In this document: positions 49,925 to 62,633 of the stretch, in pieces
Layout of the letters: the number at the start of each line of letters is the position of its first letter
Position numbering within the stretch: the first letter of the stretch is position 1
Position numbers and translations under genes: made by a program
Notes under the pieces: model-generated
The model's input: the letters and a program-made list of their open reading frames with translations, nothing else
The model's database searches: none
What the model was told of the DNA's origin: nothing
Origin: Lama glama
Lineage: Eukaryota
Assembly: GCA_028534125.1 (NCBI GenBank)
Contig: CM052816.1
Location: 37,140,001 to 37,204,000, forward strand
Reading direction: 5' to 3'
DNA length: 64,000 nucleotides

Positions 49925-51478
49925 GGGGAACCACATTTCTGATTCATTTTTCTATGAGTTTGGTTTGTTTGTTTTGTTTTCTGGTTTCTAGGTTTTGTCT
50001 TTTTTTAATTCTGCATACAAATGAAATCATACAGTGTTTTTATAACTCTGTCTGACTTATTTAGCACAATGCCTTCAAGATTCATCTATGTTGTGACAAA
50101 TAGTAGGATTGTCTTTTTTTTCATGACTGAATATTTTTATTCCATTGTATACCACCATTCTTTATCCATTCATCCATCCTTTGACACTTAGGTTGTTTCC
50201 AAGTCTTGGCTATGGTCAATATTGCTAGTGTGAACATGGGGTACAGCTATCTTTTGGGGTTATTGTTTTCATTTCCTTTGGCTATATTCTCAGAACTGGA
50301 AATGCTGGATCATAATGTAGTTCTATTTTAAATTTTGTGATGAACCTCCATTCTGTTTTCCATAGTAGGTGTACCAATTTACAATCCCACCAACAGTGTA
50401 CAGGGGTTCTCTTTTCTCCACATCCATGCCAGCATTTGTTACCTCTTGATGATGGCCAATCTAACAGGAGTGAGGTGATATCTCTTGTGGCTTTTATTTT
50501 ATTTTCCCTGATTATTAGTGATGTTGAGCACCTTTTCATGTACCTATTGGCCATTTGTATATCTTCTATTCAGTTGACTGTTATTTTTTAAATTAGATTA
50601 TTTGTTGTTGATGATGTTTGTTTGGTTTTGTTTTGCTATAGAGTTCTATGAGTTCTTTATGTATTTTAGAAATTAACCCCTTAGCAGATACATGGTTTGC
50701 AAATATTTTTCCCATTCTGTAGATTGTCTTTTCAGCTTTTTTAGTTTGATATAGTCCCACTTGTCTATTTTGGATTTTGTTGCTTGTGCTTTAGGTATCA
50801 TATCCCAAAAAAATCATTACAAAATCCACATCAAGAAGCTTTATTACTATGTTTTCTCTAGAAATTTCAACTCTTACATTTAAGTCTTTAATCCAGTTTG
50901 AGTTAATTTTTGTGAATGGTGTAAGATTTGGTTCCAGTTTCATTCTTTCACATGTGAATATCCATTATCCCAGGACTGTTTATTGAAGAGCCTGCCTTTC
51001 CTCCATTGAGTTTCTTGCCTCACATATCAGTTGACCGTATATGCTTGGGTTATTTATGAGCCCTTGATTCTCTTACAGTGGTCTCTTTGTCTGTTTTTAT
51101 GCCAATGTCATATTATTTTGATGATTACAGTTTAACTTGGAATCAGGAAGTGTGATACCTCCTGCTTTGTTCTTCTTTCTTAGAATTTCTTTAGTTATTT
51201 GGGGTCTTGTGAGGTTCCATATAAATTTTAGGAATTTTTTTCTACTTCTGTAAAAATGTCATTGGAATCTTGGTAAAAATTGCATTGAGTCTATAATTGT
51301 CTTTTGATAGTATTGACATTTTAACAAATAATTCTTCCAATCCATGAACACAGACTACCTTTTCATTTATTTGTGTCTTCTTTGATTTCTTTCATTAATG
51401 TCTTACAATTTTCAGAGGAGAGATCTTTCACCTTCTTGGTTAAGTTTATTACTAAGTATTTTATTATTTTTGATGCTT
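49925..51478 (-). mobile_element. 5'-truncated LINE-1 (L1MA-like; 3' UTR plus ORF2 3' part)
   Basis: ORF 50282..50554(-) [17 protein letters not shown]...[27 protein letters not shown] is the L1 ORF2p C-terminal Cys-rich domain. Confidence 0.92.
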
Positions 51479-54039
51479 TACATGGGACCTTTTTTACATT
51501 AACTTTTTTACATTCATTTTTCAATAATGTATCAAATGTTTTATTTGGGATTCATTTTGATTAGAAATAATGCCCAGTAATTTTCAATGTAAGTTCCCAA
51601 TATCAATGCATATACATGAGAACTTACTATATTCTGCCTATTGTTGAAGTTCAGTGCAATTATTTCAGTAATAATGCAACCAACCACTCCAGTCAAGAAA
51701 TTTGCATTGATAGTCTTATATTATATCTAAATACAAATCTAGTATCTTCTTATTTTGTTGACAGAATGTAATGCAAAAGTTTGAATATCAATTTATGGCT
51801 GTGAAAGGGAACGCATCTTGTCTGTCTTATTACCATCACAGCTGCAATGCTGAGAGCAGTCAGCATCTGCTTCTTGGTAATCACATCAGTTCTTTCTTTC
51901 TTACTATACAAGTTCAAATGGTAATCACTTTGAAATTCTACAATAAAATGCTGATAGATAGGGGACCTTGCCATCACCCTGGAAAATCACCTGCCTCTTA
52001 GTATTTGCCATTTAATTAAAGCAGCATCTGAAATAATGGAACGAGGGTGCTGAATATACTCTAGGAAACAAGTGCTGCGGAGAAGCTGTGGTGCCTGTTG
52101 TTAGACAAGCATTATTATTTATTAATCTATGGATTGCAGTGCCCATGTATCAGCAGACTTTATGACAACAGAATCAACAATGTAGCCTTGAAAACAATAA
52201 AAATCCAAGAAGGTATGCTTTCCTCAAACAAAGAATAGCAGTAATGCCCTTTTGATTTAATAGAGAGAAAATTCTAGATACTCAGCTTCTTGACAAATAC
52301 CACATCCAGAATTTTAAATTCTCAGGGAAATTAAATTGCCTAGATGACCTTCAATCAATTGTAAAGAGGAAAAATTGTTATGCTTTAACCCACAGTCCAT
52401 TTTGGATTAGCACAGTTTATTTTAAGCCTTAATGGTTATATTTCCTATATCAGTTTTACAAATGTGTCTGATATTTCTATCAGTTTTCTGGAAGTGTACC
52501 TGTCATTTTTGTCCACATTAAATAAATAAAATATATTTATTTTTCTAACTCTTGGGTAAATTTTATTATCTTTAAATATGAGGTAAATAGTATCTTTTGA
52601 TTTATGTTTTAAAATATCCTGGGTGTATTTAGAGCCTAAGAAAGATAAAAGTGGAAAGAAAGTCATTCTGTTTAAAAAAAATCCTGACTAAATCACTGAA
52701 AAATAAATAGACTTAATATAAAGCTTATTTAATTCTGTACAGTAGCTATCACTGAATACATTCCACTCGTTTTGTGATGTATTGGGGGAATGTAATGACT
52801 GTTGTCTCCTCAAAGGCTATTCTTGGTCTTTACTCGCAAGGCAATTCAAAAAATAAATTATTTAATAATTCAAAAAGAAAAAGAAAAAGTACAGCTATTG
52901 TTGACTGCCACTGAATATAAAGTACTACTTTACAGAAGAGATCAAAATGAGATGTCTGTTCAAATTTTATTTCAATGTTTCACTCAGTGAAAGTCTTAAG
53001 ACAGGCATGAAAAATTTATATCAAAAATTAGAAAGGAGCAAATGTCAAGGAGAAGGTGGGAATGTAGGAAAATGTAAAATAAAAGAACCTAGAATTCAGT
53101 ATACTAAAATACCAATACCAATACTGATATTAATTAATAAATATATTTTTTAGAATGTTGATTCAAGATGCTTTTTTGAGGCATCCTCTTCTTGAATAAC
53201 CTTAAATCATTAAAATATGTCATCTTCTTAAGCATTAAAAGTCAAAGCTTGTCTTCAAATGCATAGACAGTTAAACTTTTGGTCTTCAGCACCTACAAAA
53301 GGATATTTTATGAATAAATTGTAGACAAAATAAATTAATTGAATGAATAAATTGTTAGCAATAACAGCACAAATTATTTTGGTTTTGAATTTCATTGTCA
53401 GTTCCTTTATTTTAGTCTGATCTAAAAAATTAGTTATAAAATAAAAACATTTGTTTTTTTTAATTTGGTTATAAAAAAATTCTCCTAAAAATTAATTTAA
53501 TTTCTTTTAACAAATATTTATTGCTTTCCTCCATGTTTAAGTCACACTGCTATAATGCTATAAGTGGGGCAAAAAAACCCCAACCAAACAAACAAAAAAA
53601 CCAGCCAGATGGCCATTGACCATTAACTTGAAGCTCATTAGAAAGGCAAAATAACAGTTACAATATGATATAATCAGGGCAACTTTAGTCGGCCTGCTTG
53701 TACTGGCATAATCCATAGTGATAACTGGACATTTGCTACCTCTGGGTAATGACATTTGTCCAGTGGGAGGAAATGCTTATAGCAAGAAGTTAAATTACCT
53801 GGAACCAAGTCCTCTGAGGGGACTGGAAAGAAGACCTCTAAGACAAGCCAATTTGAAATAGAAAATTCCAATTTTACGTGTGACTGAAGAGGTAAAAATG
53901 TGTATCTACTTGAACTAAAAGATAAAAACAAAGATAATTTCATCTGTAGTCAAATTCAGGAAAGTAGAAGGGACGTATGGATTTGCTTAAATAGCATTGA
54001 AATATTCTTGGAAAATATTTTTCAGGGCAAAATCAGGTA

Positions 54040-54208
54040 GTATCCTGGGAGTAAGAAGAATAGACTTTTGTGTGACTCTTGCACTTGCTATCAGTGTAAC
54101 TCTGAGCAAGCCCCTTAGGTATCTGAGGATCAATTACCTTGACTGTAAAATTATAGCTTTGCAATAAATGACTCTCAAAATCCATTTTTACTCTGAAAAA
54201 ATCTATTA
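54040..54208 (+). mobile_element. MIR/MIR3-like SINE, degraded
   Basis: tgtaactctgagcaagccccttaggtatctgaggatcaattaccttgactgtaaaat...ctctgaaaaatctatt. Confidence 0.55.
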
Positions 54209-54839
54209 AGACCTCTATAATATCCCTTTCCAGAAAAATTAACTTAAAAATCCTTTCAGTATCCACATACATTCATAAAAAGTATTTAATGAATTAAAGG
54301 TATATTACAAATAACTTGTATACAAATGATTCCAATTCATAATCATTTGTAATATTTAATACTGGAAATAAAATACACGGGTAGTAATAGGACATTGAAT
54401 AATAAATTTTCATATTTTCAAATCATGGGAATAACATACAGACATTTACATTATATTTTTCAATATATTTAGATACAAGGTAAATTTTCATGATATAATG
54501 TTTGATCAAATATGCATTTAACTTGTATTTTTTGTTAATATCATATGATCTTAATTTAAATAACCATGGATCTATATACAAATTTATAACTTGCTAGATA
54601 TATGCACATGTAGCTATGTATTTGTGTCAGTATAAATATACATAGCTAAACACATACATACCTTCCCACAAAATATATCTCAAAAGGAAACATAAGAAAT
54701 GTCAATTGTGTTTATCACTAAAGAAATCATAGATATATATTCCTTAGTGAAGTTTTCTGTATTACTCATTTTTCTGTAATAAGTATATATTGATATTATT
54801 TTTAGGTAGAAAATTAGTGTTATTTAATATATTTAGTCA

Positions 54840-54985
54840 ACACTTAATATTTTGAACATTTTTTCTATGCAGACACTATGCTAGGGGTTTTATATGCATT
54901 TTTTTCACAACTAACTCTGTGAAATATAAACTAGCTTTTATCACATTTCAAAGCAGAATAAAGTGAGGATTAAGGAGATTGCTTT
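54840..54985 (-). mobile_element. MIR fragment
   Basis: ctatgcagacactatgctaggggttttatatgcatt...cacaactaactctgtgaaat...aaagtgaggattaaggagatt. Confidence 0.6.
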
Positions 54986-56334
54986 TATTTGGAAAAATAT
55001 ATGTCCTTTTAGAAAATCGGGTGAAGTTTCAATGCAAAGTATTTGGTATATAACAAAAAGTAGAGTAGAATTATATATAAAATATTAATCAAGGCATCAA
55101 GTTTTTCATTTTTCCATAAAAGTCATTTTTTTAAAAGCCAATTTTGTTATAACAAGAACAAAGCTCTTCATGAATCAACTACAAGATGGTGTAAAAAATA
55201 ATTGCTTATCAATATAAGATAGAGAACATTAGAAGGGGAATGATCATTTGTAAAAGAAATAATGGCAGTTGAGGTCCAGTTTCTGTGTTACTGTGTATGA
55301 TGGATGAGTTAATTCCTCTGACTAATGAACCAAGCCTTTCTCTTGGCCAGAACTAATGAACTAGGATGTTTTGCAGACTCAATATTGTAAGGTAACCTCT
55401 CGTCTGAAATAGACGTGGGCCTTGATGACAGCAATCATGTTAAATAATGATCATGGTGAAACCTTACCTGAAGTCTCTATTCTTCTTTTTTTTTTTTTTT
55501 AAGTGTTTTAAAGATCATGGAAGGAGTGTGTTAATGGAATATAACTAGGAGACAACAGGGAATTACCTAGTTTCAGAAACAAGAGATTTCTTTATTGTTT
55601 GGTGGATCATAGTTAAAGTTAGGGATGCAGCTTGACAATAATATTTATATAATTTGACTCTACATTTGTCAGCTTTTGTTCATATTTAGTTTTATCATCT
55701 CAAGTACATACAATAATCCAATGACAGTAATATCATACAGTGTACTCTTCTACATGAAGAAGAACATGGAATAGTAGAGTAATCCTGAGTGAAAAAGAAG
55801 TCCCTGAGAAATACAAAACAGGAAGGGAATATCAGGACATCTGATGAATGAGACACTGTCTGAATCTAAACACGATTCACAAACTTTTCTTAGCACTTTC
55901 AGGGGATATTTCAGCATCACAGACACCTAGACAAGGTATACCCCTTTTGTTAGTATTGTGTTTTATTATCCCTGCACAATCCACCAACTACAGAACTTAT
56001 ACAAACAAGAATAGTCAAAAGAAGATGAACAATACTACCATTGCTATAAAACATTTCGTGACTTACTATTGCTTATGTATACTGTCGAAGGTTTCAGAGA
56101 AATGACCCTGCTTTAAATTGTGCCTAAACCTCTTGTGTCAAATTCCTAAAAATCTCTCATATATTTATATTTGGCACCATATGGCAGCTGGTCAAAAAAA
56201 GAAAAAATCAAAGAGAATTAGTACAGATGGTGGAGCCCAGTGAAGTGTGTAGAACAAGATTTTCAGAATTATTTTTCAGCATATGCAAATATCCCTCCCA
56301 CAGCTAAAAAGACAAAAGCTACTTAACAAACACA

Positions 56335-56562
56335 TGCAGAACTTACTGTGTACTCAGCATTGTTCTCAATTTTATGAACAATAACTCAAGTAATCCTTAT
56401 AAAACCTCTTCTAGGATCCCTCAATTATTAGGCCCATTTTAAAGATGAGAAAATAAGATACAGAAGTTTAGAAATTTGTCAAGTTACACAGCTGGAAGTG
56501 GCTGAACAGGGTTACAAACTATGCAGTCTGGCTTCAAAGTCATGGCTTTTAAACATTAGGCT
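56335..56562 (-). mobile_element. MIR SINE
   Basis: cccattttaaagatgagaaaataagatacagaag...gtcaagttacacagctggaagtggctgaacagggttacaaactatgcagtctggcttcaaagtc. Confidence 0.8.
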
Positions 56563-56619
56563 TTGGTGTGTGTCTCTTCGGGTTTACTAAGACCCTAGTC
56601 CATTGAAGCCCTAGTAGAA

Positions 56620-56770
56620 CCACCAGGGTTTCTACTTCAGTTCTACCATTTACTAGCAAACATGGGATAAGTTAATTTAGTTTCCAATAGTCTCAGTTTC
56701 TGAATGTATAAAATGGAGATCATAGCATTTATCTAATTATCTTGTTATGTGGATAAATGGGATAAAATAG
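56620..56770 (+). mobile_element. MIR SINE fragment
   Basis: ttctaccatttactagc...ataagttaatttag...gtctcagtttctgaatgtataaaatggagatcatagca. Confidence 0.75.
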
Positions 56771-59700
56771 GACGTCTGTTTTGTCCTCTTGCCTCCTTTT
56801 TCTTTACTTTTGGAAGAACTAGAAGAAAGGAAAAATACATCTTGTCATCTAGATCCTTTTCTTCCCCATGTCTAGACCTGACATTGTTCTTTTTCATTAA
56901 GATTATCAGATATTTTCCTTAACTGGAAACTCTTAAAATGAAGAGCATGTGTATTTTTCAAAGAGTTGACAGAAGAGCATCATTCTAGTCACCATGACAT
57001 GAAGTCATTGCAATAAATAAGAATCTGTGCAGGAAACTATTACTCTGGGATCACCGCACAAAGAGTGTGTGGCTAGATGGGAGTTAAGATGACATTACTA
57101 ACATATGTTCAAACTGGCACCTGATGTCTACACACTTGAGACTGATGCTGCAGGTTTTTGGATGTTCTTCTAGAAAAACTGAGGAACTACAATCTACATA
57201 ATTTCTCTGGGCAATCTCCCCTAATTATACAAAAGATTACTAAAATGATCAAGGCAGTAAATTCCCCACTCCTCCCGGATCTGTCAGAAGGCCCTAGCTG
57301 AAACATTTCTACACAAATAAGAAAAGGGCATCTTTGACTCTACATTCTTGCCAATTGTCCTTCACTTTTTAGTTTCATCTCAAGACTTGCCTATTTTCTT
57401 AGTAATTGATAACTCTCTCTCATTACTGAGCAAAGTCCAGAGAGTGATGTCTTAGTTTCATCTTTTATCCATCTTATATTGGCTTTTTGGACCAATTCTT
57501 ATTTAATTGATTCTACATTCTCTACTGTTGACTTAACATTGTGTCTCTTCTTTTAATAAACTAGTCCCTTCAAAATGTTTTTTTTAATAAAAATATGTTG
57601 CACTAACTTATCTCAATTGTAACCTGGAATTTTAATAATTTATCTCACACTTACAGGAAAGATAGTCTTCTTTATGTGCTCTCTCTCCAACTTGTTATGC
57701 TTTCTACCACTATTCATCTATTTTATTGATGCATTTTCTTCATCATTTCTTAAAGGGAATGCATTCTTGGTCTCTAACTGATGACATATTTAGAAAATTT
57801 ATGCTGTTGTTTCTTTTATTGACTTATGTATTTCTTCTATCGTGCTCAATAGGGTAGTTTAAAAAAATTATATTCTTACATTTGCCAATTCTATAGTGTA
57901 ATATCCTGTTTCAAGAAACACTAACTCAGCTGATTTATGTATTTCATAAGCCCTGTCCTTTTCCTGATTATTCTCTTCTCTTCAGGTAAAGCACATCAGT
58001 ATACAGATTGCCTGAACTCTTTGTAAACTTGCATTCCCTCTCTTTGTCACTCTCACTTATAGCAGTATCCCATGTATTCATAATCTCAGAGTTCACATTT
58101 GATTTCCATTGCAATTCTTAAAATTAATAACTTAAATTTGTAAATGTATCCATCACTTTTGGATAGGAATAACTTGCATTTATTTTCTACTGTGAGTTTT
58201 CTAGCATTTTTTACTACCTCCTGTGCGAAATAGTCACATATAAAATTTCATAAAATAAAATCCAAAAATAGTATGAAAAAAAAGATAATGCATTTGGCAA
58301 TTCACACTGATACCTGAATCTCCAGCTAGCTAGATGTGTACACTCATTCTGGTCATTCATTAGTTATGAATTTTATGTTTCTGAGGTTATACTTATAATA
58401 AAAGTTATTATATGATTAGTAATGAGTAAAGTTGATTCAATCATCAGAATTATTTGGGGCTTCTGACTAGCTTTCAATTATTTACCTGCATGGTCATTGT
58501 CTTCCACTTAAGTATGATGAAAAGGTCTTTGACGTAATTACTAGAGAGTATTTTATTTGTTATACTCCTCCTTGGCGGACACGTCATCAAATGTCTCTTT
58601 GGAGAAGGTCAGATATATCCAGTTTTTCCTATCAGTAATCTAACCACAGTTCTGTAACTAATCCTGTTTTACATTGATGGTAATGTGTGACATTCCTATA
58701 TTTAAAGAAATAAAGCATTGGGAACAATAATGGTTTAAAATTCAAACATTTTGTTTTACTGTTACACTCTATGACCTTCTTTGGTGACTTCATAATTTAT
58801 TCATTAAAAGAAATAGCACAGCTGTAAAAAAAATAGTCTCTTTGGGAGCACTGTGAAGGTTATATTAAAATAGAGGAAGTAAGTATGTTTAACTGATCAA
58901 TGAATTTGTGACCACTCATTTTCTGTAAAGAGTGATGTCTCTGATGAGGGCAAAACCAAAAGACAACAACCAGCACTAAAACAATCCATGGAGTTCTGTG
59001 AATCTGTCTGCCTTACTGTAGGTCTTAGATACTAAGGTTGCATTAGTTATTATGGCCTTAGATACACTTTTTATTCTTCGATGAGTAGCTGCTTTGTAAA
59101 AAATTCTTAGTTAATCTTGAACAAACAAATCTTAAACTAGACAAAGTCAATCATACCTTGACTATCTGAAAATTTTATACTTTCCATTAACAGGTTTTAA
59201 TTCTCTTTCCCCCAGAGCCTTTAAGAGACAGCTAGGTACTCTTCAGGTAGTTTTGCCTTATCCATTAATGAACATTGACTTCTTTAAATATCTATAGTAA
59301 ATGTTATTAATACGTCTCTTCTCACCTATTCTGGAATTTGGGAAATATAATTGGAAAATCAAATTCAGCATCAAATTAATCATGACAGTAAACATTTTAA
59401 TCACATGCTTTATGTCAAGTGTCTAAGTACAGGTGTTACATTTGTGATCAAAATTAAAAGTATCAATTCTTCCAGAATGGATGTTTTTGAATATGGATAT
59501 TTTTAGTTTTCTTGATCTTCAATGACTTCCTCTTTCCCTTAGTGATTAGAATAAAAAAGAATCCACTAGTAATGCAATCTTTTTTTTAAAATAAAGTTAT
59601 TAGTGGAAAGATAATCTGAATTAATCATTTTTATAAATTCTATTTTCCTAATGTCTCTACATTTCTGCTGGCAATGATATAGGAAATTCTGGAAATCCTA

Positions 59701-60071
59701 TTCTCCAAAAACATTAAACACATTAGAGGAATATGAAAATGTATAGGGTTATAACTTGGAATATTGAGAGAGAGATAGAGGAGGTGAAGTAATAGAGTAG
59801 TAAGCAAAACACAAAGAAACTACTGTTTGAGTTAATAAGTGATTTACAGGAAGAGTGGTAATTTCTGGATATAGCTTTTCACCATCACTAAGATGAACCA
59901 ACTATTAGAAATACAGAGAAACACCTGAATAATGTTTTGAAGTTTATCAAATCAGAGAATGAAGTGAATTTGAAAGGAAAAGACTGCCTGTTGGGGTGGG
60001 CAAACTATAATAAACTAAATAGTTTAAAAGAATAAGAAGATTTTGTCAGCTGTGGAAATTATACGAAATTT

Positions 60072-60305
60072 AAATCAATTGACCATGTATGTCTGAGCTT
60101 GTTTCTGGACCCTGACCTCTATTCTAGTGGTCCATATGTGTATGCTTATACTAATACCACACTGTATTGCTTGCTACAGCTTAACAGTAAGTTTTGAAAT
60201 GGGGCATGTCAATTCTCTACTTTTTTTCTTTTTTCTATATTGTTTTGGCTATTCAGGGCCCGTGTGGTTTGGTATGAATGTGAGGATTGGCTTTCCCATT
60301 TCTTG
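60072..60305 (-). mobile_element. LINE-1 ORF2 fragment
   Basis: aaatcaattgaccatgtatg...taataccacactgt...gtaagttttgaaat...attgttttggctattcagggcc. Confidence 0.8.
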
Positions 60306-62469
60306 TACAGTTTGCTGGAGCTAAGGTGGGCAATAGGGACAAAATGGCGACAGGATTGTGTGTTCTGATCTAAATATTTTATTGCCACCTCTTCAGCCCC
60401 CTCCACCACCAATGCATAAATAAGAACCGAGGCTTGTGCATCTAGTTGTTAAATATGTAATATTCAACAATTCTTCTATGGAGCTTGTCCCAGAAAGTGC
60501 ATATTCTGTTACAAACACTTGCCTACAGAATCCGATGGAGGTTGAAGTTCTTTTCTGAACAACATAGTATCTTCTCTGTATCAGGTGTCAGTATAAAAGA
60601 ACTTCCAAGTATCTCTCTCTTTTCTCATTGTCACACGTGGTCTTAGCATTGTACCCTCTGAACAGCTGAAGTGAAAGAGCAGTTGATAGTGTGCAGGGGG
60701 GAAGAATAGGAATCACTTTTCTCACTGAAACAATAGTTCCCTTAGCTGGGAGACAATCTTTAAAATCTTAAATCTTGTATTTCAAAACTGACAGTGAGTA
60801 TAATATAAAATGTTCCTTCCTTTGAGATAGCTTCTTCGGCTTTGCTTCAGAGGGAGGAAAATGTAGTAAACTGCTTTAGGAAGGGCTTCTGCCTTGATGG
60901 TGCAATTTGTGAGAAGTCTCCACACATGGGCTGTGGCTTCCACTTGGTTTTCCTTTGCAATGTAGGTGACAGTATTTTCTTTTTATAAAAAAAATGGTTA
61001 TTTTCATTGGAGGGTTGAGGATGGTATACCATGCTCAGACTGCTGACATGCTAAATTAAAAAGTACGTAAATGTTTTGTTATTTGTTTCTCAAGGAACAG
61101 TTTCCTATTAAACTAGTTATTAGACATTATAGGAATGTTCAAATGGTTGAATAAAACATGAAAAATTTAATTAATGTTGACTATTTACATGTAAGAAAAT
61201 TACAAATGCTATGGTTATGTAGAATAATCAATTTGTTAGCAAAATTTTTTATGTTGAAATATAACATTTTAGTCTGTTAAACTTACAAATTTTTTTTTTA
61301 AGATATCACTGGGCTTTAGAAATCTCTTTAACCTGAGTAAGTTCTGAAAGGGAAAAAAGGAAGATTGTTTCTTTTATTTCATTCCAATTAATTAGCACTT
61401 TAAGTAACTGAAATGAGAATAGGTAAGAAGAAAGAGAGGTACTGGCTTATCTATTACTGAGGAAAATATCTGATTTAAAAGTATGTTTTGAGAAATAAGT
61501 CACAAAATGATAGTTTGGAGGATTATGTTCTTGCTTTGCTTATTGACACAGATAAGAAGTATAATCAAAGGTAAAGTAATCATAGTCAAGCAATTAGATA
61601 AGATTATTCTATCACTCAAAATACCATTTTTTATCTATAGCTCAAATTATAACTAATTTTCTTCTTAAATTATATTGCAAGAATGATTTTATTCAGATAT
61701 TACAAATTTGCTTTACTTCATTTTAAATTTAAATATTTAAATTCATCCTTGTAGTGATTGCTTATAATTAAAATGTCCAGTATTAGCTTTTTACCTGAAA
61801 TTAATGTCAAGCATTACATGCTCCTGTTCTCTGAGTGAACATAAAAAAAAAAAGGATAAACCTAGGCATAAAATTCTCATCCCTCTAAGGACCACTCCCC
61901 CCACCCCATATTGATGTTGTCTCTTGAATAGGTTTCTTGGAAATAGGAAATTTTATTATATTTTGCCATGAAATACAATATTTAAGTGAACTGTATCTAT
62001 TTTACTATTAAATATGATGCCTGGATAGATTTTAGAAAATAACTTTTATCTTTTTAAAGTTCCCTTGTGGTTTTAGTGTATTAATACATATTGTCATGAA
62101 AGAGTATTTGGATTTAACAAATGTTCACATCTTTTGGAAGTTTTTTTTAAACTACTTTAGCTAGTTAACATAAGTGCAAACTCAAATTTTCCATTTTGAG
62201 TCATTTGTGCAATCATGGGATCAATTCAACTATATCCTATAAGTTCTCCTTTGTTCTTTTTTTACTATCTTTCTCTCGATTATAGGATGACCAGGTAACA
62301 TGACTACTTCTTCATTTGAAATGATTTCCCATAAACCCAAAGAACACTTTCTTATGTTAATATGTGGACTTTTATAACAGACTTCAAATATATAAGTCAC
62401 AAAGAGTGATTGTGTGAAAAATCCTATGTTGATTCTTGTCTTTCTGGGGGTTCTGCTGTTCTTTTTCAA

Positions 62470-62633
62470 GATACTTGTTCAGCAAATGCTCAAATAGTGA
62501 ATATTTTAAACTTTGAGGGCCATATAATCCCTATCTCAATTACTCAAGTCAATTGTTGCAATATGAAAGCAGCTATAGACAGTATATTAAGTGAGTGTGG
62601 CTGTGTTCCAGTAAAACCTTATTATGGATGCTG
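62470..62633 (+). mobile_element. MER58A-like hAT-Charlie MITE, 3' end cut by L1
   Basis: aatagtgaatattttaaactttgagggccata...gaaagcagctatagacagtat...gtgtggctgtgttccagtaaaaccttatt is collinear with the recalled MER58A. Confidence 0.8.

Noticed and set aside
49336..50055. Long ORFs of 170-239 aa in the ORF track
   Set aside because: Artefacts of translating through the 500-N gap.
58936..58965. Hammerhead-ribozyme-like CTGATGAG core
   Set aside because: The required GAAA reads AAAA, and only two helices can form (tgtct/agaca closes directly on the core), so there is no three-way junction or cleavage triplet.
60826..60850. Resemblance to the U2 snRNA 5' end (atagcttcttcggctttgct)
   Set aside because: Only ~20 nt with several mismatches and no continuation; consistent with chance.
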